A stretch of 64,000 nucleotides of DNA from Salinispira sp. GTDB taxonomy: Bacteria; Spirochaetota; Spirochaetia; DSM-27196; Salinispiraceae. The first letter of the stretch is position 1. Every line of letters begins with the position of its first letter. The stretch is from NCBI GenBank assembly GCA_965602015.1, contig OZ271918.1, forward strand, positions 1,056,001-1,120,000, given 5' to 3'. The translations under genes and the position numbers were made by a program. Shown here piece after piece: positions 9,489 to 19,784 of the stretch. The notes under the pieces are model-generated. The model saw only the letters and a list, made by a program, of their open reading frames with translations. It was not told the origin of the DNA and did no database searches.

Positions 9489-10483
9489 TGAGCAGAGCCA
9501 AGAAATATGATAAGGATTTTCTCATCGAATCTCTTCGGGAGATGACCCTGATGCGCCGGTTTGAAGAAAAGGCCGGGCAGATGTATGGACTGAAAAAAAT
9601 CGGCGGATTTTGCCACCTCTATAACGGTCAGGAAGCCGTGGCTTCCGGATCGATCCGTGCCCTGGATCTGAAGCGAGACTATGTGCTCACCAGCTACCGG
9701 GACCATGCCCACGCGATCGCCTGCGGTATGGATCCGAAGAACATCATGGCCGAACTATACGGGAAAATCACCGGCGTCAGCCGGGGAAAAGGCGGCTCCA
9801 TGCATATGTTCGACTCTGAGAAGCATATGCTCGGGGGCAACGGTATCGTCGGGGCGCAAATTCCCCTTGCGACGGGGACGGCGTTCAGCCAGGCGTATTG
9901 GTACAAGCTGGGCAAGGTCAAGGAAATGGGGGTCAGCCTCTGTTACTTCGGCGACGGAGCCATTCACCAGGGCGCTTTTCACGAAAGCCTGAACCTCGCC
10001 CGGGTCTGGGACCTGCCGGTAATCTATTTGGTCGAAAATAACCGCTTCGGGATGGGCACCGCGGTCAAGCGGGTTTCCGCCGTGGAAGATTTTAATCTCA
10101 AAGCCAGCGGCTACGACATCGAGGGGCGGATTCTCAACGGTATGGATTTCTTCGACATGTACGAAGGCGTGCTGGACATGGTCAAGGATAGCCGGAAATC
10201 CGGCAAAGCCTTCCTTGTCGATGTAAAAACCTACCGCTACAAAGGACATTCGATGAGTGACCCGGCGAAGTATCGGACAAAAGAAGAACTGGAATCCTTT
10301 AAGAATCAGGATCCCATCATCACGCTGAAAAAGGACATGCTCGATGCCGGTATGATTTCCGACGAAGAGTACAAGGCCATGGATGACGAGGTGAAGCAGC
10401 AGGTGAGCGAGGCGGTGGATTTTGCCGAAAAGAGCCCCGAGCCCCCGCTTCACACTATGTATGAAGACATCTACGCCGACTGA
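9488..10483 (+). CDS. pdhA: Pyruvate dehydrogenase E1 alpha
   Basis: GGFCHLYNGQEA, GKGGSMH, TPP motif GDGA...NN, YRYKGHSMSDP. Confidence 0.96.
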   Translation: MSRAKKYDKDFLIESLREMTLMRRFEEKAGQMYGLKKIGGFCHLYNGQEAVASGSIRALDLKRDYVLTSYRDHAHAIACGMDPKNIMAELYGKITGVSRGKGGSMHMFDSEKHMLGGNGIVGAQIPLATGTAFSQAYWYKLGKVKEMGVSLCYFGDGAIHQGAFHESLNLARVWDLPVIYLVENNRFGMGTAVKRVSAVEDFNLKASGYDIEGRILNGMDFFDMYEGVLDMVKDSRKSGKAFLVDVKTYRYKGHSMSDPAKYRTKEELESFKNQDPIITLKKDMLDAGMISDEEYKAMDDEVKQQVSEAVDFAEKSPEPPLHTMYEDIYAD

Positions 10484-10513
10484 GTCAGCGGATCTGATTA
10501 AGAGAGGATAAAC

Positions 10514-11494
10514 ATGGGAATTTTAACAGTAAGAGAAGCATTGAATCAGGCCCTCGATGAGGAGATGACCCGCGATGAAGCGGTGCTGCTTATGGGGGAG
10601 GAAGTTGCCGAGTACAACGGCGCGTACAAGGTCAGCAAAGGCCTTTTGGACAAGTTTGGCCCCCATCGGGTGCTCGATACCCCGATAGCCGAGCTTGGAT
10701 TCACCGGCATAGGGGTGGGAGCCGCCCAAGTGGGCTTGCGTCCCGTTGTTGAATGGATGACCATGAATTTCTCCCTTCTGGCTCTGGACCAGGTGGTCAA
10801 CAACGCGGCGAAACTTCGCCATATGTCCGGAGGTCAGCTCCAGGTGCCCATCGTGTTCCGGGCTCCCAACGGCCCCGCAGAGTTCCTGAGTTCTCAGCAC
10901 AGCCAGAGCTTTGCTTCATACTATGCGCACATTCCGGGCTTAAAAGTGGTGGCCATTTCCACCCCCCACAATGCCAAGGGGCTCCTGAAATCCGCAATCC
11001 GGGACAATAACCCGGTGGTGTTTCTGGAAGCGGAAATGATGTACGGACTTAAGGGCGACGTCCCCGAAGAAGAGTATCTGCTCCCCCTGGACAAGGCGGA
11101 AATCGCCCGGGAGGGCAGCGACATAACCCTCATTACTTTCGGCAAGGTTCGCCACATGGTGCTTCAGGCAGCGGAAGAACTGGCCAAACTGGGAATTGAA
11201 GCCGAGGTCATCGACATGATATCACTGCGGCCAATCGACGAAGATACAATTTACGAGTCAGTGCGGAAAACCAACCGGGCGGTGGTGATCGATGAAGCCT
11301 GGCCACTTGCTTCGGTGGGATCCCACGTTTCCTACCTGATAAGCAGTAACTGCTTCGATGACCTGGACGCCCAGGTGGAGTTTATTTCCAGCGAGGACGT
11401 GCCGATGCCCTACAACCATACCCTTGAGCTCGAAGTCCAGCCCACGGTAGAGAAAATCGTCAACGCTTCAAAGCGCGCACTGTACATGGAATAG
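10514..11494 (+). CDS. pdhB: Pyruvate dehydrogenase E1 beta
   Basis: [23 protein letters not shown]. Confidence 0.96.
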   Translation: MGILTVREALNQALDEEMTRDEAVLLMGEEVAEYNGAYKVSKGLLDKFGPHRVLDTPIAELGFTGIGVGAAQVGLRPVVEWMTMNFSLLALDQVVNNAAKLRHMSGGQLQVPIVFRAPNGPAEFLSSQHSQSFASYYAHIPGLKVVAISTPHNAKGLLKSAIRDNNPVVFLEAEMMYGLKGDVPEEEYLLPLDKAEIAREGSDITLITFGKVRHMVLQAAEELAKLGIEAEVIDMISLRPIDEDTIYESVRKTNRAVVIDEAWPLASVGSHVSYLISSNCFDDLDAQVEFISSEDVPMPYNHTLELEVQPTVEKIVNASKRALYME

Positions 11495-11559
11495 AGTATG
11501 CAGACGCCGCAGCTAATCGCGGCGTTGCCGGCGGGGCCCGGACCCCACAGGAGAATCAC

Positions 11560-12858
11560 ATGGCTGAAAAGATTTTTATGATTGCCCTCAGTCCCACGAT
11601 GGAAGAGGGAACCATACTAAAATGGACAAAAAAAGAAGGGGATGTCATCGCCACCGGCGACGTCATCTGCGAAGTCGAGACCGACAAGGCGAGCATGGAT
11701 TACGAGTCCGCCCAGGAAGGCACCCTGCTCAAAATCGTAAAAGGCGAGGGCAGTGGGGCTAAGGTCGGCGATACCATCGGCATTATCGGCGAGAGCGGCG
11801 AAGACATAGCCGAGATTCTTAAAGAGGCCGAAAACGAAGCCGCCGCCCCATCCGGAGAAGGCGACGGGGACGCCGCTGACACGGATAAGTCAGCAGATAA
11901 CGCGGCCGATACCAAGGCGGCCGACAAAACATCGGCATCGTCCCCGGCTCCGTCACCAGCTCCAGCACCACAAGGGCGGTCCGACGGGCGAATCGTCGCC
12001 AGCCCCCTGGCTCTTAAATTGGCAGCCCAAAAAGGAATCGATATTTCAACCGTTCACGGCAGCGGACCAAACGGCCGCATCGTAAAGCGGGACATCGAAA
12101 GCTATAAGGGCCCGGCCGGCGCCACATCGGCGCCTTCAAGACCCGCCCAGTCCTTCGCCCCCGCAGCAGCAGCCGGGGAAGACCGGGAGATACCCGTAAC
12201 CGGAAAACGAGCGGTAATCGCCAAGCGCTTGGCTGAAAGCATGTTTAGTGCGGTTCACTACTACGTCAAAAACAAGGTTGCCATGGACAATCTGATGGCA
12301 GCCCGCTCGATGCTGAACAAGGAAGTCCCCGAAAAGGTCAGTTTTAACGCGTTTATGATCAAATTCGTTGCGGAAGCCCTGAAGCGCTACCCCGCGGTAA
12401 ACGCTAGCTGGCAGGGGGATAAAATTCTCGAGTTCGGCAGCATAGACATCGGCCTTGCGGTCGACCTGGGCAACGGTCTTATCACCCCGATTGTCAGGAA
12501 TGCGGGCAACAAGGGCGTGGTCCAGATAGACTCCGAGCTGAAGGAACTCATCAAGAAGGCCGGAGACGGAAGTCTTAAGCCCGAAGAATACACGGGAGCG
12601 ACGTTCAGCATATCCAATCTGGGAAGCTTTGGTGTGGATGAGTTTACCGCGGTGATAAATCCTCCGGGGTCGGCAATTCTTGCCCTGGGCAAGGTCACCA
12701 AAACGCCGGTATATGACGACGGCGGAAACCTGGTGCCGGTCAACCAGATGGTCATGACCCTCAGCTGCGACCATCGGGTTATTGACGGTGCGTTGGGCGG
12801 ACGGTTCCTTTCGGAGCTTCAGAAAATGATGGAGAATCCCGTTCGGCTCCTGTTCTAA
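11560..12858 (+). CDS. pdhC: Pyruvate dehydrogenase E2 dihydrolipoamide acetyltransferase (one lipoyl domain)
   Basis: [13 protein letters not shown] lipoyl Lys, Ala/Pro linker, GSGPNGRI binding domain, DHRVIDG. Confidence 0.96.
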   Translation: MAEKIFMIALSPTMEEGTILKWTKKEGDVIATGDVICEVETDKASMDYESAQEGTLLKIVKGEGSGAKVGDTIGIIGESGEDIAEILKEAENEAAAPSGEGDGDAADTDKSADNAADTKAADKTSASSPAPSPAPAPQGRSDGRIVASPLALKLAAQKGIDISTVHGSGPNGRIVKRDIESYKGPAGATSAPSRPAQSFAPAAAAGEDREIPVTGKRAVIAKRLAESMFSAVHYYVKNKVAMDNLMAARSMLNKEVPEKVSFNAFMIKFVAEALKRYPAVNASWQGDKILEFGSIDIGLAVDLGNGLITPIVRNAGNKGVVQIDSELKELIKKAGDGSLKPEEYTGATFSISNLGSFGVDEFTAVINPPGSAILALGKVTKTPVYDDGGNLVPVNQMVMTLSCDHRVIDGALGGRFLSELQKMMENPVRLLF

Positions 12859-12916
12859 GGTGCCGGGAGGTCTGCAGCAAAGACGCCGCAGTCCTCCCGA
12901 AGTAAGGAAGGTAACT

Positions 12917-14323
12917 ATGGCAGATAAAAAATACGACGTAGCAATAATCGGAGCCGGCCCCGGGGGCTATGTTGCGGCAATCCGCGCCAGCCAGCTCGGC
13001 TTAAAAACCGCGGTAATCGAGAAAGACAAGGCCGGGGGGGTCTGCGGAAACTGGGGCTGCATACCCTCAAAAGCCCTTCTTCACCAGGCGGAGATGTTCA
13101 ACGATATTTCCCACCTGGAGAAGATGGGGGTAAAGGTGGACAGCTCGGGCCTCGACTATTCGAAGGTCCACGCCATCAGCCGCAAGGCGGCCTCCAAGAG
13201 CGGGAAGGGCGTCGAGTATCTGCTCAAGAAAAACAAGGTTGATCTCGTCTCCGGAACTGCGGAAATCTCCGGACCAAAAGAAGTATCGGTTACCGGCGGC
13301 AAGGACGGAGATCTCAAAATTGAGACCAAGTTTATCCTCATCGCCACGGGTTCCCGCCCGAGGGAGATCCCCGGCTTCGAGTTCGATGAAGAACAGGTTC
13401 TCAGCTCGACGGGAATTTTGAGTCTGGAAAAGCTGCCCAAGAGCCTGTTGATCCTCGGAGCCGGCGCCATCGGTATGGAATTCGCCTACGTGATGAGCGC
13501 CTTCGGCGTCCAGGTTACCGTGGTCGAGATGATGGACCGCCTGCTTCCCCTTGAAGACGCCGAGGTAAGCAAGGTTATGGAGGCTGAATTCAAAAAACTC
13601 GGTGTGACCTACCACACCGGAGTCAAGGCCGGCGATCTCAAGAAAACAAAAACCGGGGTCAGCATTTCCGCCGAGGCTAAGGACGGCAAGAAGGAAAATC
13701 TCAAGGCCGATAAAATACTGGTCGCCGTGGGCCGGGCGCCCAACTCCGAAGGCATCGGTTTGGAAAACCTCGGCATCCGCACCGAAAAGGGTTTTATCAA
13801 GACCGGCGATTACTACCAGACCGACATCCCCGGCGTCTATGCCATCGGCGACGTCATCTCTTCGCCTCTTCTGGCCCATGTGGCGAGCAAGGAAGGGGAA
13901 ATTGCCGTTGAACATATGGCGGGACATGCGGGGCATGAAAAACGGGTAGACCCCGACGAAATTCCCGGCGCCGTCTATACCGAACCCGGAGTGGGATCCT
14001 TCGGTCCGACCGAGGAAGAGGCAAAGAAGCGGGGACTGAACTACGGCAGCTACAGTTTCCCCTACAACGGCATCGGCAAGGCAAACGCCATTGAGAAGGC
14101 AAACGGGCTGGTCAAAATCATTTTTGACAAGGAAACCCACGAAATTCTCGGCGGTCACGTGGTGGGCTATAGTGCTACCGAACTGGTTCACGAAATACTA
14201 CTGGCCAAGTGCACCGAACTGCTTCCCGAAGACCTTGCGACGATGATCCATGCCCATCCCACCATTAGCGAGGGAATAATGGAATCGATGAGAGGCGTCG
14301 AGGGCTGGGCCATTCACATATAG
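12917..14323 (+). CDS. lpdA: Dihydrolipoamide dehydrogenase (E3)
   Basis: GAGPGG, GGVCGNWGCIPSK, GAGAIG, HAHPTISE; start ATG 12917 after AAGGAAGG. Confidence 0.96.
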   Translation: MADKKYDVAIIGAGPGGYVAAIRASQLGLKTAVIEKDKAGGVCGNWGCIPSKALLHQAEMFNDISHLEKMGVKVDSSGLDYSKVHAISRKAASKSGKGVEYLLKKNKVDLVSGTAEISGPKEVSVTGGKDGDLKIETKFILIATGSRPREIPGFEFDEEQVLSSTGILSLEKLPKSLLILGAGAIGMEFAYVMSAFGVQVTVVEMMDRLLPLEDAEVSKVMEAEFKKLGVTYHTGVKAGDLKKTKTGVSISAEAKDGKKENLKADKILVAVGRAPNSEGIGLENLGIRTEKGFIKTGDYYQTDIPGVYAIGDVISSPLLAHVASKEGEIAVEHMAGHAGHEKRVDPDEIPGAVYTEPGVGSFGPTEEEAKKRGLNYGSYSFPYNGIGKANAIEKANGLVKIIFDKETHEILGGHVVGYSATELVHEILLAKCTELLPEDLATMIHAHPTISEGIMESMRGVEGWAIHI

Positions 14324-14351
14324 GCTCCACGCACGCCGTTGACGGTTTATG

Positions 14352-14387
14352 CCGCCGCTTTCCTCATTGGATTGCGGCGGTTTTTTT
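14352..14387 (+). terminator. Rho-independent terminator after lpdA
   Basis: CCGCCGC...GCGGCGG stem then TTTTTTT. Confidence 0.8.
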
Positions 14388-14398
14388 AGATCGATTTA

Positions 14399-15313
14399 TC
14401 AGAATCGATGTTCGGAAAAAGGCAGAAAATCCTGGTTGCTCACGCTTGAGACCTCAAAAGACAATCCGTTCCCCTGGATCAGCTGGCGGCTGTCATTAAC
14501 CGGCGAAGATGCGGTGTGAGGAAAACCTGCAAAACTGCCCCATTCGTCTGTCCCGGTGTCGACCACCCCGTCTGACCGAAACAGCACATATTCATATTCA
14601 CCGGGATTTGTCTCGAGGGTGTCGGTTATGACAAAGACATTGGCTTGTGATGCCGACCAGCGGAAATCCAGGTACGAGTTAAAATCATAACTGAAGGTCC
14701 GGATTTCGCTGAGGCTGGCAGAGTTGAGAAAGCGCAGGCGCGCCCGGGTAGGGGGAAACCATTCGGGATCGAAAAAGCTTTCCTGCCCGTACGCTTCTTC
14801 ATAGCTGCATTCGCTGCTCCAGACCCCCGGACTGCATTCAAGCTCCGGCCAGACTACGGCAATGATGCTTCCGTCGGGACTCGGATAAGCCCGTACCAGG
14901 TTCTCACTGGGCAAGCGGGCTTCCCCAACGACGGTTTCCATCCGGCCATCACTGTAGATAATACTAATGTACTCACCGGCGCGGTCATACCAGTTGAGCA
15001 TTATGTAGCCTTCCTGATTCTGATAGTATATTTCCACAGGCCAGCCCTCAACCTCCGGACCCCACTGGCTCGCATCGGCATCCGGCGCCGAGGCAGTCAT
15101 GACCCGAAATACCTCATTCCATTTGTGGGGAACACTGGAAAGGATTACATCACGCTCACGATGCTCCAAATCGACATAGGCTATGCCGCTGCCGGTCTCG
15201 GACCACACCGGCGAGGTGAAGTAGCGGACATCCCTGGCAAAGGAACATGAACTCATGGTTATAACAAGGGCAATTATCAACCCAAAGCCTGCAGACATGC
15301 CGGATCGTTTCAT
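14399..15313 (-). CDS. Hypothetical lipoprotein, possibly beta-propeller (TolB/PD40-like repeats)
   Basis: SD GGAGG; signal peptide with MSSC lipobox; SPVWS, YPSPDG, FRWS repeats. Confidence 0.65.
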   Translation of the reverse strand: MKRSGMSAGFGLIIALVITMSSCSFARDVRYFTSPVWSETGSGIAYVDLEHRERDVILSSVPHKWNEVFRVMTASAPDADASQWGPEVEGWPVEIYYQNQEGYIMLNWYDRAGEYISIIYSDGRMETVVGEARLPSENLVRAYPSPDGSIIAVVWPELECSPGVWSSECSYEEAYGQESFFDPEWFPPTRARLRFLNSASLSEIRTFSYDFNSYLDFRWSASQANVFVITDTLETNPGEYEYVLFRSDGVVDTGTDEWGSFAGFPHTASSPVNDSRQLIQGNGLSFEVSSVSNQDFLPFSEHRF

Positions 15314-15515
15314 ACTGACCTCCAGTTACAGGGTAATTGTAGCCCAATGGTGCCCGATAAGCATATACCTGAGTGAAATACCCGGGAAAAAAGCGGCAAT
15401 AAGACTCCATAGGATACATTTTCACATAGTGATCCCCAAGTGCTGTGTTAAGCATTTTTCACTCTGAACAATTCCCTTGTACTATGACAAAGGACCCGCT
15501 ATTCTATGATCCGCT

Positions 15516-17306
15516 ATGAGTCAAAGATCAGAACCAGCTGCAAATCCAAGCCTGCGGACACGAATAATCGCATTAGTGCTACTCCTGCTGGTTTTACCCC
15601 TGGTATTTTTTTCTGTTGCTGAAGTCATTTTGCAGCTTTCGGGTTACGGTATTGCACCGCGCCTGTTTATAGAGTCTGGAATCCCGGAAACTCTTGTTAT
15701 TAATGATGATTTTTTTAGACTCTTCTACCCTTCAATTAGCCAGACAGCCGTCGAAAGCGGTGAGGTATATAGGCCCAGCCTATTGACCATGCCAAAGCCC
15801 AATGATGTATATCGTGTGTTTATTCTGGGTGGTTCAACCGCCAAAGGATTTCCTTATTACGACCGGCATGCATTTCCCAATATCGCCGCGGAACAGCTCA
15901 ACGCCAATCTGAGGGGAAAGCGCATAGAAGTACATAATCTCGCTCAATCCGCAATGAGCTCATATTATGTCCGTGAAACCGCAAGATTGGCCCGGAAATA
16001 TGAACCGGACCTTATTATCATTTATAGCGGCCATAATGAGTATTACGGGACAATTGCTGCGGGTTCCGGAGGCGGCCACTTCGGCAAAAAACTGTTCATT
16101 GCTCTTAATCGCTTCAGGGTTTTTCAGTTTCTTTTCACTTTGATGGACGGCACAGACCGGACAGCCCCCGTCTCCGAGTCGCTTATGGCTCAGAGATTGA
16201 GGCAGGGTAGTTACCCCGCTGATGTGAATTTTGATGAGCGGATTGCGCGCCGATTTATTGATAACATAGATGATAGCGCACGCTATGCCCGTCAGGCCGG
16301 AATAGATGTACTTGTAATGGAACCCATAAGCAATCTCCTGGACATGCCGCCGTTTTCTTCAACGGCACCAGATCACATCCTCAATGAAATTCGTGACACC
16401 GCATCCCAAGCTCCGGCTAAGGGGCGATGGCCTGACATCGCTGCGGATTTGTTTTCCGATGTTATTGACTCGGAAGATAATGCTCACTTTCTGTACCTGC
16501 GCGAGTACGGTAGCACTGATCCCTCTATTGAAAATCTTGTCATGGCCAAGGATCGAGACACAAGCCCGTTTCGGGCCCGATCCGTTTTGATTGACTCCCT
16601 GCGGGACTGGGCTAATAGAAATCCTGATGTTGGCTATATTGCGACGGATCAGGAAATCCTAAGACTTGATGCTATCGAGAATAGGGGGAACAGTCTTTTT
16701 ATTGATCACTTGCATTTTACCTTTACAGGACAGCTTATCGTGGGCAACATAGTGGCCCGACGTATTGCAGAGCAGTTCTTAGTCGTTGAGGACATGAGTA
16801 TTCTTACAGAGTCCGAAGTAAGAGAACGCATCTTTTTCCATCCGGCACTGCAATACGAAAAGGAAAAATCCGTATTAGAGTTAATCACCCAGCCGCCGTT
16901 TATCAACATGGCATTCCCTTACGTAAATAATCACCTGCGAGAAACTTTGGTAAAAAATCCGCTGAATGACATACCGCAAATTGGAGAGCAGTTAGCACGT
17001 AGCCGTTCAATGGATATACTCCAGTTGGTTGGCGAGTATTATCTCGAGAATCGCCAGTTCGAACAGCTATACGACTTTTTACAGACCCTTGTGTACATAA
17101 ACCCCGGCGATCCGCGGACACATTTGAACCTGGCAGACCTGGTATCCATCAATCCCCAAACCCACCAGGCTGCCTTGTATCATTTTCAAATTGGATATTT
17201 ACTGTCTGGCCGAGATCCTGAAGTTCTCTCGCGCTTTAAGAATTTTACTGAGCAAAATGGATACCAGTCGCAGCTGGAAGCTTTTCTTCAGCGTCTGGGT
17301 GAATAG
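15516..17306 (+). CDS. Membrane-anchored SGNH/GDSL hydrolase-fold protein with C-terminal TPR-like region
   Basis: N-terminal TM, ILGGSTAKG (block I), YSGHNEYYG, FIDHLH (DxxH); TPR-like NPGDPRTHLNLA. Confidence 0.75.
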   Translation: MSQRSEPAANPSLRTRIIALVLLLLVLPLVFFSVAEVILQLSGYGIAPRLFIESGIPETLVINDDFFRLFYPSISQTAVESGEVYRPSLLTMPKPNDVYRVFILGGSTAKGFPYYDRHAFPNIAAEQLNANLRGKRIEVHNLAQSAMSSYYVRETARLARKYEPDLIIIYSGHNEYYGTIAAGSGGGHFGKKLFIALNRFRVFQFLFTLMDGTDRTAPVSESLMAQRLRQGSYPADVNFDERIARRFIDNIDDSARYARQAGIDVLVMEPISNLLDMPPFSSTAPDHILNEIRDTASQAPAKGRWPDIAADLFSDVIDSEDNAHFLYLREYGSTDPSIENLVMAKDRDTSPFRARSVLIDSLRDWANRNPDVGYIATDQEILRLDAIENRGNSLFIDHLHFTFTGQLIVGNIVARRIAEQFLVVEDMSILTESEVRERIFFHPALQYEKEKSVLELITQPPFINMAFPYVNNHLRETLVKNPLNDIPQIGEQLARSRSMDILQLVGEYYLENRQFEQLYDFLQTLVYINPGDPRTHLNLADLVSINPQTHQAALYHFQIGYLLSGRDPEVLSRFKNFTEQNGYQSQLEAFLQRLGE

Positions 17307-17315
17307 AGGGTATAT

Positions 17316-17474
17316 ATGGCAAAAACCAGAGTCATAAAAGAGTTGGTAGAGTACTTGGCAAAAAACAAACGGCTTTTTCTCCTTCCCCTCCTGGTAATTC
17401 TCGGAGTGGTAGGTATCGTGACAATAATTGCTCAGTCGCAGGCAATTGCACCGCTCATTTATACCTTGTTTTAG
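17316..17474 (+). CDS. Small SxtK-like / DUF5989 membrane peptide (52 aa), missing from the ORF track
   Basis: MAKTRVIKELVEYLAKNKRLFLLPLLVILGVVGIVTIIAQSQAIAPLIYTLF*, characteristic IAPxIYTLF end; SD GAGGG; fills the gap before the carbamoyltransferase. Confidence 0.85.
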   Translation: MAKTRVIKELVEYLAKNKRLFLLPLLVILGVVGIVTIIAQSQAIAPLIYTLF

Positions 17475-17475
17475 C

Positions 17476-19332
17476 ATGAACATACTTGGAATCTCAGCCT
17501 TCTACCATGACAGTGCTGCCGCGATAATTACTGATGGGAAAATTGCTGCCGCTGCCCAGGAAGAGCGTTTTAGTCGAAAAAAAGGTGATTCCGGTTTTCC
17601 ACAAAGAGCTGTAGAGTTCTGCTTGAAACAAGCTAATATTTCCGTCGATCAGCTCGAAGCTGTGGTCTACTACGATAAGCCACTTGTAACCTTTGAGCGC
17701 TTAATCATGAGCTATTTACACCGGGCTCCCCATGGCTTTTTCTCGTTTTTCCGCTCCATTCCGGTGTGGATTAAACGCAAGCTTTGGATTGAAGATATTA
17801 TCCGCAAAAAAATTCCTGGTGAGTACACAATACTCTTTTCGAGACATCACCACAGCCATGCGGCCAGTGCGTTTTTCCCCTCCCCATTCAAATCTGCCGC
17901 AATTGTGACATTGGACGGGGTCGGGGAATGGGAAACAACGACCATCGGCAGGGGGAGGGGGAGTTCGCTCGAATTAACCAGAGCAATTCACTTTCCTCAT
18001 TCCCTGGGGCTCTTATACTCTTCGTTCACCTATTACTGCGGTTTCCGGGTTAACTCCGGCGAATACAAACTCATGGGCTTGGCGCCCTATGGCAAACCGA
18101 AGTATGTCCAGCTAATTAAAGATCATTTGATCAGGCTAGAAGAAGACGGGAGCTTTAATCTGAATGAGCGTTACTTCAATTACATTTCCGGCTTGAGGAT
18201 GATAAATACCCGTTTCGAGAAACTTTTTAATCGTGCTGCACGCAAACCTGAGACAAATCCCGATCAATTTTACATGGATGTAGCTGCAAGTATTCAGAAG
18301 GTAACTGAAGATGCGGTGATTGGGATTGCCCGCCAAGCCAAAGCTATCAGCGGGGAAGATAACTTGGTGCTCGCCGGAGGGGTCGCTCTGAATTCCGTTG
18401 CAAATTATCGTATTTTGAAAGAAGGAGGTTTTTCCAATGTGTGGATTCAGCCCGCAGCCGGTGACGCCGGCGGAGCGCTCGGCGCCGCCTTGTATGCCTG
18501 GAATATGTATTATAAGAAGCCTCGGGCCATACCAAGCGAGCTCTCTTCCTCGGAGTATGGCTGGCATGATTTAATGGAAGGGGCCTTGTTGGGACCGGAT
18601 TTTACAGATTCTGAGATCGAAGAAAGCCTGAAAAAGCAGCAGTTGTTCTATGAAAAACTCACAGATTCACAATTATATGATCGGGCCGCTGATTCTTTGA
18701 GCAACGGAAAGGTGCTTGGATGGTTTCAAGGCCGAATGGAGTACGGGCCACGGGCTCTCGGCAGCCGGTCGATTCTCGCCGACCCCCGACAATCAGAAAT
18801 GCAAAAAACTCTCAATTTCAAAATAAAATTCAGAGAGGGATTCCGGCCCTTCGCACCGGTGGTCCTTGCCGAGAAACAGCAAGAATGGTTTGATTTGCAG
18901 CAGGTTTCCCCTTATATGCTCATGGTTGCGCCGGTTTCCGAAATAAAGCGAGTCGGAAGTACGGGCAGGCATCAGAAGGAATCGGGTTTTTCTAGCCTCC
19001 GAGAGAAAAGGTCGGAAATTCCATCGGTAACTCATGTGGATTATAGCGCCCGCCTGCAGTCGGTCCATCGCAAACTTCATGGGAAACTGTACGAGCTGTT
19101 ACAATGCTTCGATAGAAAAACCGGATGCCCTGTTCTGATCAATACGAGTTTTAATGTACGGGGAGAGCCTATCGTGAATTCCCCAGATGACGCTATCCGC
19201 TGTTTCCTCGGCACCCACATGGATGCCCTTGCGATTGGTAACTACTACGTTTCAAAATCAAGGCAAAACCTCGATAAGACTACTTTGGATGATCTACTCG
19301 AAGGCTGGAGGCAAGGACATGTCTATGACTAG
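17476..19332 (+). CDS. O-carbamoyltransferase (NodU/CmcH/TobZ/SxtI family)
   Basis: MNILGISAFYHDSAAA, QEERFSR, HHHSHAASAF, DGVGE, GEYKLMGLAPYG, GPRALG, NTSFN; start ATG 17476. Confidence 0.93.
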   Translation: MNILGISAFYHDSAAAIITDGKIAAAAQEERFSRKKGDSGFPQRAVEFCLKQANISVDQLEAVVYYDKPLVTFERLIMSYLHRAPHGFFSFFRSIPVWIKRKLWIEDIIRKKIPGEYTILFSRHHHSHAASAFFPSPFKSAAIVTLDGVGEWETTTIGRGRGSSLELTRAIHFPHSLGLLYSSFTYYCGFRVNSGEYKLMGLAPYGKPKYVQLIKDHLIRLEEDGSFNLNERYFNYISGLRMINTRFEKLFNRAARKPETNPDQFYMDVAASIQKVTEDAVIGIARQAKAISGEDNLVLAGGVALNSVANYRILKEGGFSNVWIQPAAGDAGGALGAALYAWNMYYKKPRAIPSELSSSEYGWHDLMEGALLGPDFTDSEIEESLKKQQLFYEKLTDSQLYDRAADSLSNGKVLGWFQGRMEYGPRALGSRSILADPRQSEMQKTLNFKIKFREGFRPFAPVVLAEKQQEWFDLQQVSPYMLMVAPVSEIKRVGSTGRHQKESGFSSLREKRSEIPSVTHVDYSARLQSVHRKLHGKLYELLQCFDRKTGCPVLINTSFNVRGEPIVNSPDDAIRCFLGTHMDALAIGNYYVSKSRQNLDKTTLDDLLEGWRQGHVYD

Positions 19333-19714
19333 GGTCACGCGGTTCGGACAAAAGCGGATAATCCAAAGCATAGTGTTCAGTCTGATTGGCATGGGCTTGC
19401 TCGCCAGTCTTCTACTTTTGCGTGGGCACCGAACCGCGGCTATTACGGTAATTATCCTTGCGTTCTTACATGGCGCGTTGAATCTTTTATGGCGCGGATA
19501 TAGAACTGCTTTTAGCCGTTTTTCAGTTGCCATGATACGGCTGATTGGGACTATCATCAGCGCCGTTGTCCTGGGTTTGTTTTATTTCACCGTGTTCTCC
19601 GTTTTCTCATTGCTGTGGAAACTTTTCAGAAAGGATGAACTTATACGCAATGGCGGATGGCAGGTAATCGATTCCAGGGAAAACGACCCTTCACGGCTTG
19701 AGAAACTCTATTAG
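19319..19714 (+). CDS. SxtJ-like membrane protein
   Basis: 3 TM; C-terminal LGLFYFTVF...LFRKDEL...W...RLEKLY pattern; overlaps the carbamoyltransferase stop (start 19319 or 19325). Confidence 0.7.
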   Translation: MSMTRVTRFGQKRIIQSIVFSLIGMGLLASLLLLRGHRTAAITVIILAFLHGALNLLWRGYRTAFSRFSVAMIRLIGTIISAVVLGLFYFTVFSVFSLLWKLFRKDELIRNGGWQVIDSRENDPSRLEKLY

Positions 19715-19784
19715 CTAAACCAACTCCTGTGATTTGTTTCTCTTTTGATTGGACAGCAGCAATTGCTCTGCCTATATTGGACTT

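Noticed and set aside
13067..14191. Long antisense ORF (374 aa) opposite lpdA; similar ones at 3318-4235, 39189-40067, 50117-51265, 55847-56650
   Set aside because: Shadow frames of conserved genes in GC-rich DNA, with no recognisable motifs
15516..19714. Saxitoxin biosynthesis
   Set aside because: Only sxtI/J/K-like accessory genes; no sxtA, sxtG or other core genes in the window
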